Below, piece after piece: positions 31,501 through 47,400 of a DNA stretch of 64,000 bases; position 1 is the stretch's first letter; each line of letters begins with the position of its first letter. Origin of the DNA: Eledone cirrhosa (lineage: Eukaryota). The stretch is from the NCBI GenBank assembly GCA_964016885.1, contig OZ024741.1:254448001-254512000 (forward strand). The letters are read 5' to 3'. A program made the translations under genes and the position numbers. The notes under the pieces are model-generated. The model searched no databases. It had not been told where the DNA came from and saw nothing but the letters and a program-made list of their open reading frames with translations.

Positions 31501-34500
31501 ACTGGCACTGACACAGAAAACAGCAACAACTACAACAACACTGGCACTGACACAGAAAACAGCAACAACAACAACACTGGCACTGACACAGAAAACAGCA
31601 ACAACAACAACACTGGCACTGACAGAGAAAACAGCAACAACAACAACACTGGCACTGACAGAGAAAACAGCAACAACAACAACACCGGCACTGACACAGA
31701 AAACAGCAACAACTACAACAACACTGGCACTGACAGAGAAAACAGCAACAACTACAACAACACTGGCACTGACAGAGAAAACAGCAACAACTACAACAAC
31801 ACTGGCACTGACAGAGAAAACAGCAACAACAACAACACTGGCACTGACAGAGAATACAGCAACAACAACAGCACCGGCACTGACACAGAAAACAGCAACA
31901 ACTACAACAACACTGGCACTGACAGAGAAAACAGCAACAACTACAACAACACTGGCACTGACAGAGAAAACAGCAACAACAACAACACTGGCACTGACAC
32001 AGAAAACAGCAACAAGAACAGTGGCACTGACACAGAAAACAGCAACAACAGCAACAATAACACTGGCACTGAAAACAGCAACAGCAACAACAACAACAAC
32101 ACTGGAACTGACACAGAAAACAGCAACAGTAACAACAACACTGGCACTGACACAGAAAACAACAACAGCAAGAACACTGGCACTGACACAGAAAACAGCA
32201 ACAACTACAACTACACTGGCACGGAAAACAGCAACAACAGCAACAACAACACTGGCACTGACACAGAAAACAGCAACAACAGCAACAACAGTGGCACTGA
32301 CACAGAAAACAGCAACAACAGCAACAATAACACTGGCACTGGCACAGAAAACAGCAACAGTAACAACAACAACACTGGCACTGACACAGAAAACAGCAAC
32401 AGTAACAACAACAACACTGGCACTGACACAGAAAACAGCAACAACTACAACAACACTGGCACTGGCAGAGAAAACAGCAACAACTACAACAACACTGGCA
32501 CTCACAGAGAAAACAGCAACAACTACAACAACACTGGCACTGACACAGAAAACAGCAACAACTACAACAACACTGGCCCTGACACAGAAAACAGCAACAA
32601 CTACAACAACACTGGCACTGACACAGAAAACAGCAACAACAACAACACTGGCACTGACACAGAAAACAGCAACAACAACACTGGCACTGACAGAGAAAAC
32701 AGCAACAACAACAACACTGGCAGTGACACAGAAAACATCAACAACAACAACACTGGCACTGACAGAGAAAACAGCAACAACAACAACACCGGCATTGACA
32801 CAGAAAACAGCAACAACTACAACAACACTGGCACTGACAGAGAAAACAGCAACAACTACAACAACACTGGCACTGACAGAGAAAACAGCAACAACAACAA
32901 CACTGGCACTGACACAGAAAACAGCAACAACTACAACACTGGCACTGACAGAGAAAACAGCAACAACTACAACAACACTGGCACTGACAGAGAAAACAGC
33001 AACAGCAACAACACTGGCACTGACACAGAAAACAGCAACAACTACAACACTGGCACTGACAGAGAAAACAGCAACAACTACAACAACACTGGCACTGACA
33101 GAGAAAACAGCAACAGCAACAACACTGGCACTGACACAGAAAACAGCAACAACAGCAACAACAACACTGGTACTGACACAGAAAACAGCAACAACAGCAA
33201 TAACAATGGCACTGACACAGAAAACAGCAACAACAACAACACTGGTACTGACAGAGAAAACAGCAACAGCAACAACACTGGCACTGACACAGAAAACAGC
33301 AACAACAGCAACAACAACACTGGCACTGACACAGAAAACAGCAACAACTACAACAACACTGGCACTGACAGAGAAAACAGCAACAACTACAACAACACTG
33401 GCACTGACAGAGAAAACAGCAACAACTACAACAACACTGGCACTGACAGAGAAAACAGCAACAACAACAACACTGGCACTGACAGAGAATACAGCAACAA
33501 CAACAACACCGGCACTGACACAGAAAACAGCAACAACTACAACAACACTGGCACTGACACAGAAAACAGCAACAACTACAACAACACTGGCACTGACAGA
33601 GAAAACAGCAACAACAACAGTGGCACTGACACAGAAAACAGCAACAACAGCAACAATAACACTGGCACTGAAAACAGCAACAGCAACAACAACAACAACA
33701 CTGGAACTGACACAGAAAACAGCAACAGTAACAACAACAACACTGGCACTGACACAGAAAACAGCAACAGCAAGAACACTGGCACTGACACAGAAAACAG
33801 CAACAACTACAACTACACTGGCACGGAAAACAGCAACAACAGCAACAACAACACTGGCACTGACACAGAAAACAGCAACAACAGCAACAACAGTGGCACT
33901 GACACAGAAAACAGCAACAACAGCAACAATAACACTGGCACTGGCACAGAAAACAGCAACAGTAACAACAACAACACTGGCACTGACACAGAAAACAGCA
34001 ACAGTAACAACAACAACACTGGCACTGACACAGAAAACAGCAACAACAACAACACTGGCACTGACACAGAAAACAGCAACAACAACAACACTGGCACTGA
34101 CAGTGAAAATAGCAACAACAACAACACTGGCACTGACAGAGAAAACAGCAACAACAACAACAACACTGGCACTGACAGAGAAAACAGCAACAACTACAAC
34201 ACTGGCACTGACAGAGAAAACAGCAACAACAACAACACTGGCACTGACACAGAAAACAGCAACAACTACAACAACACTGGCACTGGCAGAGAAAACAGCA
34301 ACAACTACAACAACACTGGCACTCACAGAGAAAACAGCAACAACTACAACAACACTGGCACAGAAAACAGCAACAACTACAACAACACTGGCCCTGACAC
34401 AGAAAACAGCAACAACTACAACAACACTGGCACTGACACAGAAAACAGCAACAACAACAACACTGGCACTGACACAGAAAACAGCAACAACAACAACACT

Positions 34501-35499
34501 GGCACTGACAGAGAAAACAGCAACAACAACAACACTGGCAGTGACACAGAAAACAGCAACAACAACAACACTGGCACTGACAGAGAAAACAGCAACAACA
34601 ACACCGGCATTGACACAGAAAACAGCAACAACTACAACAACACTGGCACTGACAGAGAAAACAGCAACAACTACAACAACACTGACACTGACAGAGAAAA
34701 CAGCAACAACAACAACACTGGCACTGACACAGAAAACAGCAACAACTACAACACTGGCACTGACAGAGAAAACAGCAACAACTACAACAACACTGGCACT
34801 GACAGAGAAAACAGCAACAGCAACAACACTGGCACTGACACAGAAAACAGCAACAACAGCAACAACAACACTGGCACTGACACAGAAAACAGCAACAACA
34901 GCAATAACAATGGCACTGACACAGAAAACAGCAACAACAACACTGGTACTGACAGAGAAAACAGCAACAACAACACTGGCACTGACAGAGAAAACAGCAA
35001 CAACAACAACACTGGCACTGACACAGAAAACAGCAACAACAACAGTGGCACTGACACAGAAAACAGCAACAACTACAACAACACTGGCACTGACAGAGAA
35101 AACAGCAACAACAACAACACCGGCACTGACACAGAAAACAGCAACAACTACAACAACACTGGCACTGACAGAGAAAACAGCAACAACTACAACAACACTG
35201 GCACTGACAGAGAAAACAGCAACAACTACAACAACACTGGCACTGACACAGAAAACAGCAACAACTACAACGACACTGGCACTGACACAGAAAACAGCAA
35301 CAACAACAACACTGGCACTGACACAGAAAACAGCAACAACAACAACACTGGCACTGACTCAGAAAACAGCAACAACTACAACAACACTGGCACTGACAGA
35401 GTAAACAGCAACAGCAACAACACTGGCACTGACACAGAAAACAGCAAGAACAGCAACAACAACACTGGCACTGACACAGAAAACAACAACAACAGCAAC

Positions 35500-38400
35500 A
35501 ACAACACTGGCACTGACACAGAAAACAGCAACAACAACACTGGCACTGACAGAGAAAACAGCAACAACAACACTGGCACTGACAGAGAAAACAGCAACAA
35601 CAACAACACTGGCACTGACACAGAACACAGCAACAACAACAGTGGCACTGACACAGAAAACAGCAACAACTACAGCAACACTGGCACTGACACAGAAAAC
35701 AACAACAACAACACTGGCACTGATACAGAAAACAGAAACAACTACAACAACACTGGCACTGACAGAGAAAGCAGCAACAACTACAACAACACTGGCACTG
35801 ACAGAGAAAACAGCAACAGCAACAACACTGGCACTGACACAGAAAACAGCAACAACTACAACAACACTGGCACTGACAGAGAAAACAGCAACAACTACAA
35901 CAACACTGGCACTGACAGAGAAAACAGCAACAACTACAACAACACTGGCACTGACACAGAAAACAGCAACAACTACAACAACACTGGCACTGACACAGAA
36001 AACAGCAACAACTACAACAACACTGGCACTGATAGAGAAAACAGCAACAACAACAACACTGGCACTGACAGAGAAAACAGCAACAACAACAACACCGGCA
36101 CTGACACAGAAAACAGCAACAACTACAACAACACTGGCACGGAAAACAGCAACAACAGCAACAACAACACTGGCACTGACACAGAAAACAGCAACAACAG
36201 CAACAACACTGGCACTGACACAGAAAACAGCAACAACCGTGGCACTGACACAGAAAACAGCAAGAACAGCAACAATAACACTGGCACTGGCACAGAAAAC
36301 AGCAACAGCAACACTGGAACTGACACAGAAAACAGCAACAGTAACAACAACAACACTGGCACTGACACAGAAAACAGCAACAACAACAACACTGGCACTG
36401 ACAGTGAAAACAGCAACAGCAACAACACTGGCACTGACAGTGAAAATAGCAACAGCAACAACACTGGCACTGACAGAGAAAACAGCAACAACAACAACAC
36501 TGGCACCGACACAGAAAACAGCAACAACAACAACACTGGCACTGACAGAGAAAACAGCAACAACTACAACACTGGCACTGACAGAGAAAGCAGCAACAAC
36601 AACAACAACACTGGCACTGACAGAGAAAACAGCAACAACTACAACAACACTGGCACTGACACAGAAAACAACAACAACTACAACAACACTGGCACTGACA
36701 GAGAAAACAGCAACAACTACAACAACACTGACACTGACAGAGAAAACAACAACAACAGCAACAACACTGGCACTGACACAGAAAACAGCAACAACTACAA
36801 CAACACTGGCACTGGCAGAGAAAACAGCAACAACTACAACAACACTGGCACTGACAGAGAAAACAGCAACAACTACAACAACACTGGCACTGACACAGAA
36901 AACAGCAACAACTACAACAACACTGGCACTGACACAGAAAACAGCAACAACTTCAACAACACTGGCACTGACAGAGAAAACAGCAACAACAACAACACTG
37001 GCACTGACACAGAAAACAGCAACAACTACAACAACACTGGCACTGACAGAGAAAACAGCAACAACTACAACAACACTGGCACTGACAGAGAAAACAGCAA
37101 CAACTACAACAACACTGGCACTGACACAGAAAAATGCAACAACTACAACAACACTGGCACTGACACAGAAAACAGCAACAACTACAACAACACTGGCACT
37201 GACAGAGAAAACAGCAACAACTACAACAACACTGGCACTGACAGAGAAAACAGCAACAACTACAAGAACACTGGCACTGACACAGAAAACAGCAACAACA
37301 ACAACACTGGCACTGACACAGAAAACAGCAACAACTACAACAACACTGGCACTGACAGAGAAAACAGCAACAACAACAACAACACTGGCATTGACAGAGA
37401 AAACAGCAACAACTACAACAACACTGGCACTGACAGAGAAAACAGCAACAACAACAACAACACTGGCACTGACACAGAAAACAGCAACAACTACAACAAC
37501 AGTGGCACAGACAGAGAAAACAGCAACAACAACAACACTGGCACTGACAGAGAAAACAGCAACAACAACAACACTGGCACTGACAGAGAAAACAGCAACA
37601 ACAACAACACCGGCACTGACAGAGAAAACAGCAACAACAACAACACTGGCACTGACAGAGAAAACAGCAACAACAACAACACTGGCACTGACACAGAAAA
37701 CAGCAACAACAACAGTGGCACTGACACAGAAAACAGCAACAACAGCAACAATAACACTGGCACTGAAAACAGCAACAGCAACATCAACAACAACACTGGC
37801 GCGGAAAACAGCAACAACAGCAACAACAACACTGGCACTGACACAGAAAACAGCAACAACAGCAACAACAACACCGGCACTGACACAGAAAACAGCAACA
37901 ACAACACTGGCACTGACAGAGAAAACAGCAACAACAACACTGGCACTGACAGAGAAAACAGCAACAACAACAACACTGGCACTGACACAGAACACAGCAA
38001 CAACAACAGTGGCACTGACACAGAAAACAGCAACAACTACAGCAACACTGGCACTGACACAGAAAACAACAACAACAACACTGGCACTGATACAGAAAAC
38101 AGAAACAACTACAACAACACTGGCACTGACAGAGAAAGCAGCAACAACTACAACAACACTGGCACTGACAGAGAAAACAGCAACAGCAACAACACTGGCA
38201 CTGACACAGAAAACAGCAACAACTACAACAACACTGGCACTGACAGAGAAAACAGCAACAACTACAACAACACTGGCACTGACAGAGAAAACAGCAACAA
38301 CTACAACAACACTGGCACTGACACAGAAAACAGCAACAACTACAACAACACTGGCACTGACACAAAAAACAGCAACAACTACAACAACACTGGCACTGAT

Positions 38401-39170
38401 AGAGAAAACAGCAACAACAACAACACTGGCACTGACAGAGAAAACAGCAACAACAACAACACCGGCACTGACACAGAAAACAGCAACAACTACAACAACA
38501 CTGGCACGGAAAACAGCAACAACAGCAACAACAACACTGGCACTGACACAGAAAACAGCAACAACAGCAACAACACTGGCACTGACACAGAAAACAGCAA
38601 CAACCGTGGCACTGACACAGAAAACAGCAAGAACAGCAACAATAACACTGGCACTGGCACAGAAAACAGCAACAGCAACACTGGAACTGACACAGAAAAC
38701 AGCAACAGTAACAACAACAACACTGGCACTGACACAGAAAACAGCAACAACAACAACACTGGCACTGACAGTGAAAACAGCAACAGCAACAACACTGGCA
38801 CTGACAGTGAAAATAGCAACAGCAACAACACTGGCACTGACAGAGAAAACAGCAACAACAACAACACTGGCACCGACACAGAAAACAGCAACAACAACAA
38901 CACTGGCACTGACAGAGAAAACATCAACAACTACAACACTGGCACTGACAGAGAAAGCAGCAACAACAACAACAACACTGGCACTGACAGAGAAAACAGC
39001 AACAACTACAACAACACTGGCACTGACACAGAAAACAACAACAACTACAACAACACTGGCACTGACAGAGAAAACAGCAACAACTACAACAACACTGACA
39101 CTGACAGAGAAAACAACAACAACAGCAACAACACTGGCACTGACACAGAAAACAGCAACAACTACAACAA
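35500..39170 (+). repeat. Block duplication, about 35.5-36.8 kb matches about 37.9-39.17 kb (offset 2367 bp)
   Basis: CAGAACACA at ~35621 and ~37988, plus shared ACTACAGCAACA, GCAAGAACA and GCACCGACA. ORFs 36123 and 38490 are offset by 2367 bp. Confidence 0.85.
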
Positions 39171-40099
39171 CACTGGCACTGACAGAGAAAACAGCAACAA
39201 CAACACTGTCACTGACAGAGAAAACAGGAACAACAACACCACTGGCACTGACACACAAAACAGCAACAACAACAGTGGCACTGACACAGAAAACGGCAAC
39301 AACTACAACAACACTGGCACTGACAGAGAAAACAGCAACAACAACAACACTGGCACTGACACAGAAAACAGCAACAACTACAACAACACTGGTACTGACA
39401 GAGAAAACAGCAACAACTACAACAACACTAGCACTGACAGAGAAAACAGCAACAACTACAACAACACTGGCACTGACAGAGAAAACAGCAACAACTACAA
39501 CAACACTGGCACTGACACAGAAAACAGCAACAACAACAACACTGGCACTGACAGAGAAAACAGCAACAACAACAACACTGGCACTGACACAGAAAACAGC
39601 AACAACAGCAACAACACTGGCACTGACACAGAAAACATCAACAACTACAACAACACTGGCACTGACAGAGAAAACAGCAACAACAACAACAACCCTGGCA
39701 CTGACAGAGAAAACAGCAACAACTACAACAACACTGGCACTGACAGAGAAAACAGCAACAACAACACTGGCACTGACAGAGAAAACAGCAACAACTACAA
39801 CAACACTGGCACTGACAGAGAAAACAGCAACAACTACAACAACACTGGCACTGACAGAGAAAACAGCAACAGCAACAACACTGGCACTGACACAGAAAAC
39901 AGCAACAACAGCAACAACAACACTGGCACTGACACAGAAAACAGCAACAACAGCAACAACAACACTGGCTCTGACACAGAAAACAGCAACAACAACAACA
40001 CTGGCACTGACAGAGAAAACAGCAACAACAACACTGGCACTGACAGAGAAAACAGCAACAACAACAACACTGGCACTGACACAGAAAACAGCAACAACA

Positions 40100-41450
40100 A
40101 CAGTGGCACTGACACAGAAAACAGCAACAACTACAACAACACTGGCACTGACGGAGAAAACAACAACAACAACAACACTGGCACTGATACAGAAAACAGA
40201 AACAACTACAACAACACTGGCACTGACAGAGAAAGCAGCAACAACTACAACAACACTGGCACTGACAGAGAAAACAGCAACAGCAACAACACTGGCACTG
40301 ACACAGAAAACAGCAACAACTACAACAACACTGGCACTGACAGAGAAAACAGCAACAACTACAACAACACTGGCACTGACAGAGAAAACAGCAACAACTA
40401 CAACAACACTGGCACTGACACAGAAAACAGCAACAACTACAACAACACTGGCACTAACACAGAAAACAGCAACAACAACAACACAGGCACTGATAGAGAA
40501 AACAGCAACAACAACAACACTGTCACTGACAGAGAAAACAGCAACAACAACAACACCGGCACTGACACAGAAAACAGCAACAACTACAACAACACTGGCA
40601 CGGAAAACAGCAACAACAGCAACAACAACACTGGCACTGACACAGAAAACAGCAACAACAGCAACAACACTGGCACTGACACAGAAAACAGCAACAACAG
40701 CAACAACCGTGGCACTGACACAGAAAACAGCAACAACAGCAACAATAACACTGGCACTGGCACAGAAAACAGCAACAGCAACACTGGAACTGACACAGAA
40801 AACAGCAACAGTAACAACAACAACACTGGCACTGACACAGAAAACAGCAACAACAACAACACTGGCACTGACAGTGAAAATAGCAACAGCAACAACACTG
40901 GCACTGACAGTGAAAATAGCAACAGCAACAACACTGGCACTGACAGAGAAAACAGCAACAACAACAACACTGGCACCGACACAGAAAACAGCAACAACAA
41001 CAACACTGGCACTGACAGAGAAAACAGCAACAACTACAACACTGGCACTGACAGAGAAAGCAGCAACAACAACAACAACACTGGCACTGACAGAGAAAAC
41101 AGCAACAACTACAACAACACTGGCACTGACACAGAAAACAACAACAACTACAACAACACTGGCACTGACAGAGAAAACAGCAACAACTACAACAACACTG
41201 GCACTGACAGAGAAAACAACAACAACAGCAACAACACTGGCACTGACACAGAAAACAGCAACAACTACAACAACACTGGCACTGGCAGAGAAAACAGCAA
41301 CAACTACAACAACACTGGCACTGACAGAGAAAACAGCAACAACTACAACAACACTGGCACTGACACAGAAAACAGCAACAACTACAACAACACTGGCACT
41401 GACACAGAAAACAGCAACAACTTCAACAACACTGGCACTGACAGAGAAAA
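40100..41450 (+). repeat. Representative copy of the higher-order repeat (HOR) cassette, an ordered series of variant monomers
   Basis: Variants occur in a fixed order: ACAGTGGCA (40103), CTGATACAGAAAACAGAA (~40186), GAGAAAGCAGCA, ATAGAG, ACACCGGCA, CTGGCACGGAAA (~40600), ACCGTG, ATAACA/CTGGCACTGGCA, CTGGAACTG, ACAGTA, GTGAAAATA twice, GCAGAG, ACTTCA (~41421). The same order recurs whole or in part near 2.5, 4.0, 8.3, 14.3, 16.6, 18.4, 20.6, 25.4, 28.8, 35.6, 38.0, 47.3, 50.5, 55.8, 57.5, 60.9 and 62.6 kb. Confidence 0.85.
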
Positions 41451-44400
41451 CAGCAACAACAACACTGGCACTGACACAGAAAACAGCAACAACTACAACA
41501 GCACTGGAACTGACAGAGAAAACAGCACCAACTACAACAACACTGGCACTGACAGAGAAAACAGCAACAACTACAACAACACTGGCACTGACACAGAAAA
41601 CAGCAACAACTACAACAACACTGGCACTGACACAGAAAACAGCAACAACAACAACAACACTGGCACTGACACAGAAAACAGCAACAACAACAACACTGGC
41701 ACTGACAGTGAAAATAGCAACAACAACAACACTGGCACTGACAGAGAAAACAGCAACAACAACAACACTGGCACTGACACAGAATACAGCAACAACAACA
41801 ACACTGGCACTGACACAGAAAACAGCAACAACTACAACAACACTGGCACTGACAGAGAAAACAACAACAACTACAACACTGGCACTGACAGAGAAAACAG
41901 CAACAACAACAACACTGGCACTGACAGAGAAAACAGCAACAACTACAACAACACTGGCACTGACAGTGAAAACAGCAACAACTACAACAACATTGGCACT
42001 GACAGAGAAAACAGCAACAACAACAACACAGGCACTGACACAGAAAACAGCAACAACTACAACAAAACTGGCACTGACAGAGAAAACAGCAACAACTACA
42101 ACAACACTGGCACTGACAGAGAAAACAGCAACAACTACAACAACACTGGCACTGACACAGAAAACAGCAACAACAACAACACTGGCACTGACACAGAAAA
42201 CAGCAACAACTACAACAACACTGGCACTGAAAGACAAAACACCAACAACAACAACACTGGCACTGACAGAGAAAACAGCAACAACTACAACAACACTGGC
42301 ACTGACACAGAAAACAGCAACAACAGCAACAACAGTGGCACTGACACAGAAAACAGCAACAACAGCAACAATAACACTGGCACTGGCACAGAAAACAGCA
42401 ACAGTAACAACAACAGCACTGGCACTGACACAGAAAACAGCAACAACAACAGTGGCACTGACACAGAAAACAGCAACAACAACAGTGGCACTGACACAGA
42501 AAACAGCAACAGTAACAACAACAACACTGGCACTGACACAGAAAACAGCAACAACAACAACACTGGCACTGACACAGAAAACAGCAACAACAACAACACT
42601 GGCACTGACAGTGAAAATAGCAACAACAACAACACTGGCACTGACAGAGAAAACAGCAACAACAACAACAACACTGGCACTGACAGAGAAAACAGCAACA
42701 ACTACAACACTGGCACTGACAGAGAAAACAGCAACAACAACAACACTGGCACTGACAGAGAAAACAGCAACAACTACAACAACACTGGCACTGACACAGA
42801 AAACAGCAACAACAACAACAAAACTGGCACTGACAGAGAAAACAGCAACAACTACAACAACACTGGCACTGACAGAGAAAACAGCAACAACAACAACACT
42901 GGCACTGACACAAAAAACAGCAACAACTACAACAACACTGGCACTGACAGAGAAAACAGCAACAACTACAACAACACTGGCACTGACACAGAAAACAGCA
43001 ACAACTACAACAACACTGGCACTGACAGAGAAAACAGCAACAACAACAACACTGGCACTGACACAGAAAACAGCAACAACTACAACAACACTGGCACTCA
43101 CAGAGAAAACAGCAACAACTACAACAACACTGGCACTGACACAGAAAACAGCAACAACTACAATAACTCTGGCACTGACACAGAAAACAGCAACAACTAC
43201 AACAACACTGGCACTGACACAGAAAACAGCAACAACAACAACACTGGCACTGACACAGAAAACAGCAACAACAACAACACTGGCACTGACAGAGAAAACA
43301 GCAACAACAACAACACTGGCACTGACAGAGAAAACAGCAACAACAACAACACCGGCACTGACACAGAAAACAGCAACAACTACAACAACACTGGCACTGA
43401 CAGAGAAAACAGCAACAACTACAACAACACTGGCACTGTCAGAGAAAACAGCAACAACAACAACACTGTCACTGACACAGAAAACAGCAACAACTACAAC
43501 ACTGGCACTGACAGAGAAAACAGCAACAACTACAACAACACTGGCACTGACAGAGAAAACAGCAACAGCAACAACACTGGCACTGACACAGAAAACCGCA
43601 ACAACAGCAACACCAACACTGGGACTGACACAGAAAACAGCAACAGCAGCAATAACAATGGCACTGACACAGAAAACAGCAACAACAACAACACTGGCAC
43701 TGACAGAGAAAACAGCAACAACAACACTGGCACTGACAGAGAAAACAGCAACAACAACATTGGCACTGACATACAAAACAGCAACAACAACAGTGGCACT
43801 GACACAGAAAACAGCAACAACTACAACAACACTGGCACTGACAGAGAAAACAGCAACAACAACAACACTGGCACTGACACAGAAAACAGCAACAACTACA
43901 ACAACACTGCCACTGACAGAGAAAACAGCAACAACTTCAACAACACTGGCACTGACAGAGAAAACAGCAACAACAACAACAACACTGGCACTGACACAGA
44001 AAACAGCAACAACTACAACAACACTGGCACTGACAGAGAAAACAGCAACACTGGCACTGACAGAGAAAACAGCAACAACTACAACAACAATGGCACTGAC
44101 ACAGAAAACAGCAACAGCAACAATAACACTGGCACTGACACAGAAAACAGCAACAACAACAACACTGGCACTGACAGTGAAAATAGCAACAACAACAACA
44201 CTGGCACTGACAGAGAAAACAGCAACAACTACAACAACACTGGCACTGACACAGAAAACAGCAACAACTTCAACAACACTGGCACTGACATAGAAAACAG
44301 CAACAACAACAACAACACTGGCACTGACACAGAAAACAGCAACAACTACAACAACACTGGCACTGACAGAGAAAACAGCAACAACTACAACAACACTGGC

Positions 44401-47400
44401 ACTGACAGAGAAAACAGCAACAACTACAACAACACTGGCACTGACACAGAAAACAGCAACAACTACAACAACACTGGCACTGACAGTGAAAACAGCAACA
44501 ACTACAACAACATTGGCACTGACAGCGAAAACAGCAACAACAACAACACCGGCACTGACACAGAAAACAGCAACAACTACAACAACACTGGCACTGAAAG
44601 AGAAAACAGCAACAACTACAACAACACTGGCACTGACAGAGAAAACAGCAACAACAACAACACTGGCACCGACACAGAAAACAGCAACAACTACAACAAC
44701 ACTGGCACTGACAGAGAAAACAGCAACAACTACAACAACACTGGCACTGACGGAGAAAACAGCAACAGCAACAACACTGGCACTGGCACAGAAAACAGCA
44801 ACAACAGCAACAACACTGGCACTGACACAGAAAACAGCAACAACAGCAACAACAACACTGGCACTGACACAGACAACAGCAACAACAACAACACTGGCAC
44901 TGACAGAGAAAACAGCAACAACAACACTGGCACTGACAGAGAAAACAGCAACAACAACACTGGCACTGACACAGAAAACAGCAACAACAACAGTGGCACT
45001 GACACAGAAAACAGCAACAACAGCAACAATAAAACTGGCACTGGCAGAGAAAACAGCAACAGCAACAACAACAACAACACTGGCACTGACAGAGAAAACA
45101 GCAACAACTACAACACTGGCACTGACAGAGAAAACAGCAACAACAACAACACTGGCACTGACAGAGAAAACAGCAACAACTACAACAACACTGGCACTGA
45201 CACAGAAAACAGCAACAACAACAACACTGGCACTGACACAGAAAACAGCAACAACTACAACAACACTGGCCCTGACAGAGAAAACAGCAACAACTACAAC
45301 AACACTGGCACTGACACAGAAAACAACAACAACTACAACAACACTGGCACTGACACAGAAAACAGCAACAACAGCAACACTGGCACTGACACAGAAAACA
45401 GCAACAACTACAACAACACTGGCACTGACAGAGAAAACAGCAACAACTACAACAACACTGGCACTCACAGAGAAAACAGCAACAACTACAACAACACTGG
45501 CACTGACAGAGAAAACAGCAACAACTACAACAACACTGGCACTGACACAGAAAACACCAACAACTACAACAAACTGGCACTGACACAGAAAACAGCAACA
45601 ACTACAACAACACTGGCACTGACACAGAAAACAGCAACAACAACAACACTGGCACTGACAGAGAAAACAGCAACAATAACAACACTGGCACTGACAGAGA
45701 AAACAGCAACAACAACAACACCGGCACTGACACAGAAAACAGCAACAACAACACTGTCACTGACACAGAAAACAGCAACAACTACAACAACACTGGCACT
45801 GACAGAGAAAACAGCAACAACTACAACAACACTGGCACTGACACAGAAAACAGCAACAACTACAACAACGCTGGCACTGACAGAGAAAACAGCAACAACA
45901 ACAACACTGGCACTGACATAGAAAACAGCAACAACTACAACAACACTGGCACTGACACAGAAAACAGCAACAACTACAACAACACTGGCACTGACACAGA
46001 AAACAGCAACAACTACAACAACACTGGCACTGACACAGAAAACAGCAACAACAACAACACTGGCACTGACAGAGAAAACAGCAACAACAACAACACTGGC
46101 ACTGACAGAGAAAACAGCAACAACAACAACACCGGCACTGACACAGAAAACAGCAACAACTACAACAACACTGGCACTGACAGAGAAAACAGCAACAACT
46201 ACAACAACACTGGCACTGACAGAGAAAACAGCAACAACAACAACAACACTGGCACTGACACAGAAAACAGCAACAACTACAACACTGGCACTGACAGAGA
46301 AAACAGCAACAACTACAACAACACTGGCACTGACAGAGAAAACAGCAACAGCAACAACACTGGCACTGACACAGAAAACAGCAACAACAGCAACAACAAC
46401 ACTGGCACTGACACAGAAAACCGCAACAACAGCAATAACAATGGCACTGACACAGAAAACAGCAACAACAACACTGGCACTGACAGAGAAAACAGCAACA
46501 ACAACATTGGCACTGACAGAGAAAACAGCAACAACAACAACACTGGCACTGACACAGAAAACAGCAACAACAACAGTGGCACTGACACAGAAAACAGCAA
46601 CAACTACAACAACACTGGCACTGACAGAGAAAACAGCAACAACAACAACACTGGCACTGACACAGAAAACAGCAACAACTACAACAACACTGGCACTGAC
46701 AGAGAAAACAGCAACAACTACAACAACACTGGCACTGACAGAGAAAACAGCAACAACTACAACAACACTGGCACTGACACAGAAAACAGCAACAACTACA
46801 ACAACACTGGCACTGACACAGACAACAGCAACAACAACAACACTGGCACTGACAGAGAAAACAGCAACAACAACAACACTGGCACTGACACAGAAAACAG
46901 CAACAACAGCAACAACACTGGCACTGATACAGAAAACAACAACAACTACAACAACACTGGCACTGACAGAGAAAACAGCAACAACTACAACAACACTGGC
47001 ACTGACAGAGAAAACAGCAACAACAACAACACTGGCACTGACACAGAAAACAGCAACAACTACAACAACACTGGCACTGACAGAGAAAACAGGAACAACT
47101 ACAACAACACTGGCACTGACAGAGAAAACAGCAACAGCAACAACACTGGCACTGACACAGAAAACAGCAACAACAGCAACAACAACACTGGCTCTGACAC
47201 AGAAAACAGCAACAACAACAACACTGGCACTGACAGAGAAAACAGCAACAACAACACTGGCACTGACAGAGAAAACAGCAACAACAACAGTGGCACTGAC
47301 ACAGAAAACAGCAACAACTACAACAACACTGGCACTGACAGAGAAAACAGCAACAACAACAACACTGGCACTGATACAGAAAACAGAAACAACTACAACA

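Larger units (their letters stand above)
31060..45570 (+). other. Longest frameshift-free stretch of the Thr-rich reading frame (LALT[E/Q]KTATTTTT)n; mucin-like in composition but not supported as a real CDS
   Basis: ORFs 31211-35404, 35642-44293 and 44486-45583 share one frame and are separated by TAA (35402) and TAG (44291). They start at variant GTG codons inside the repeat, and no signal peptide or non-repetitive domain is present. Confidence 0.12.

Noticed and set aside
35359-45468. 3369-aa minus-strand Val/Ala/Ser ORF and similar VFSVSASVVVVVA ORFs as membrane proteins
   Set aside because: These are antisense translations of the repeat. This frame lacks stops only because of the monomer sequence, the starts are arbitrary and there is no unique domain.
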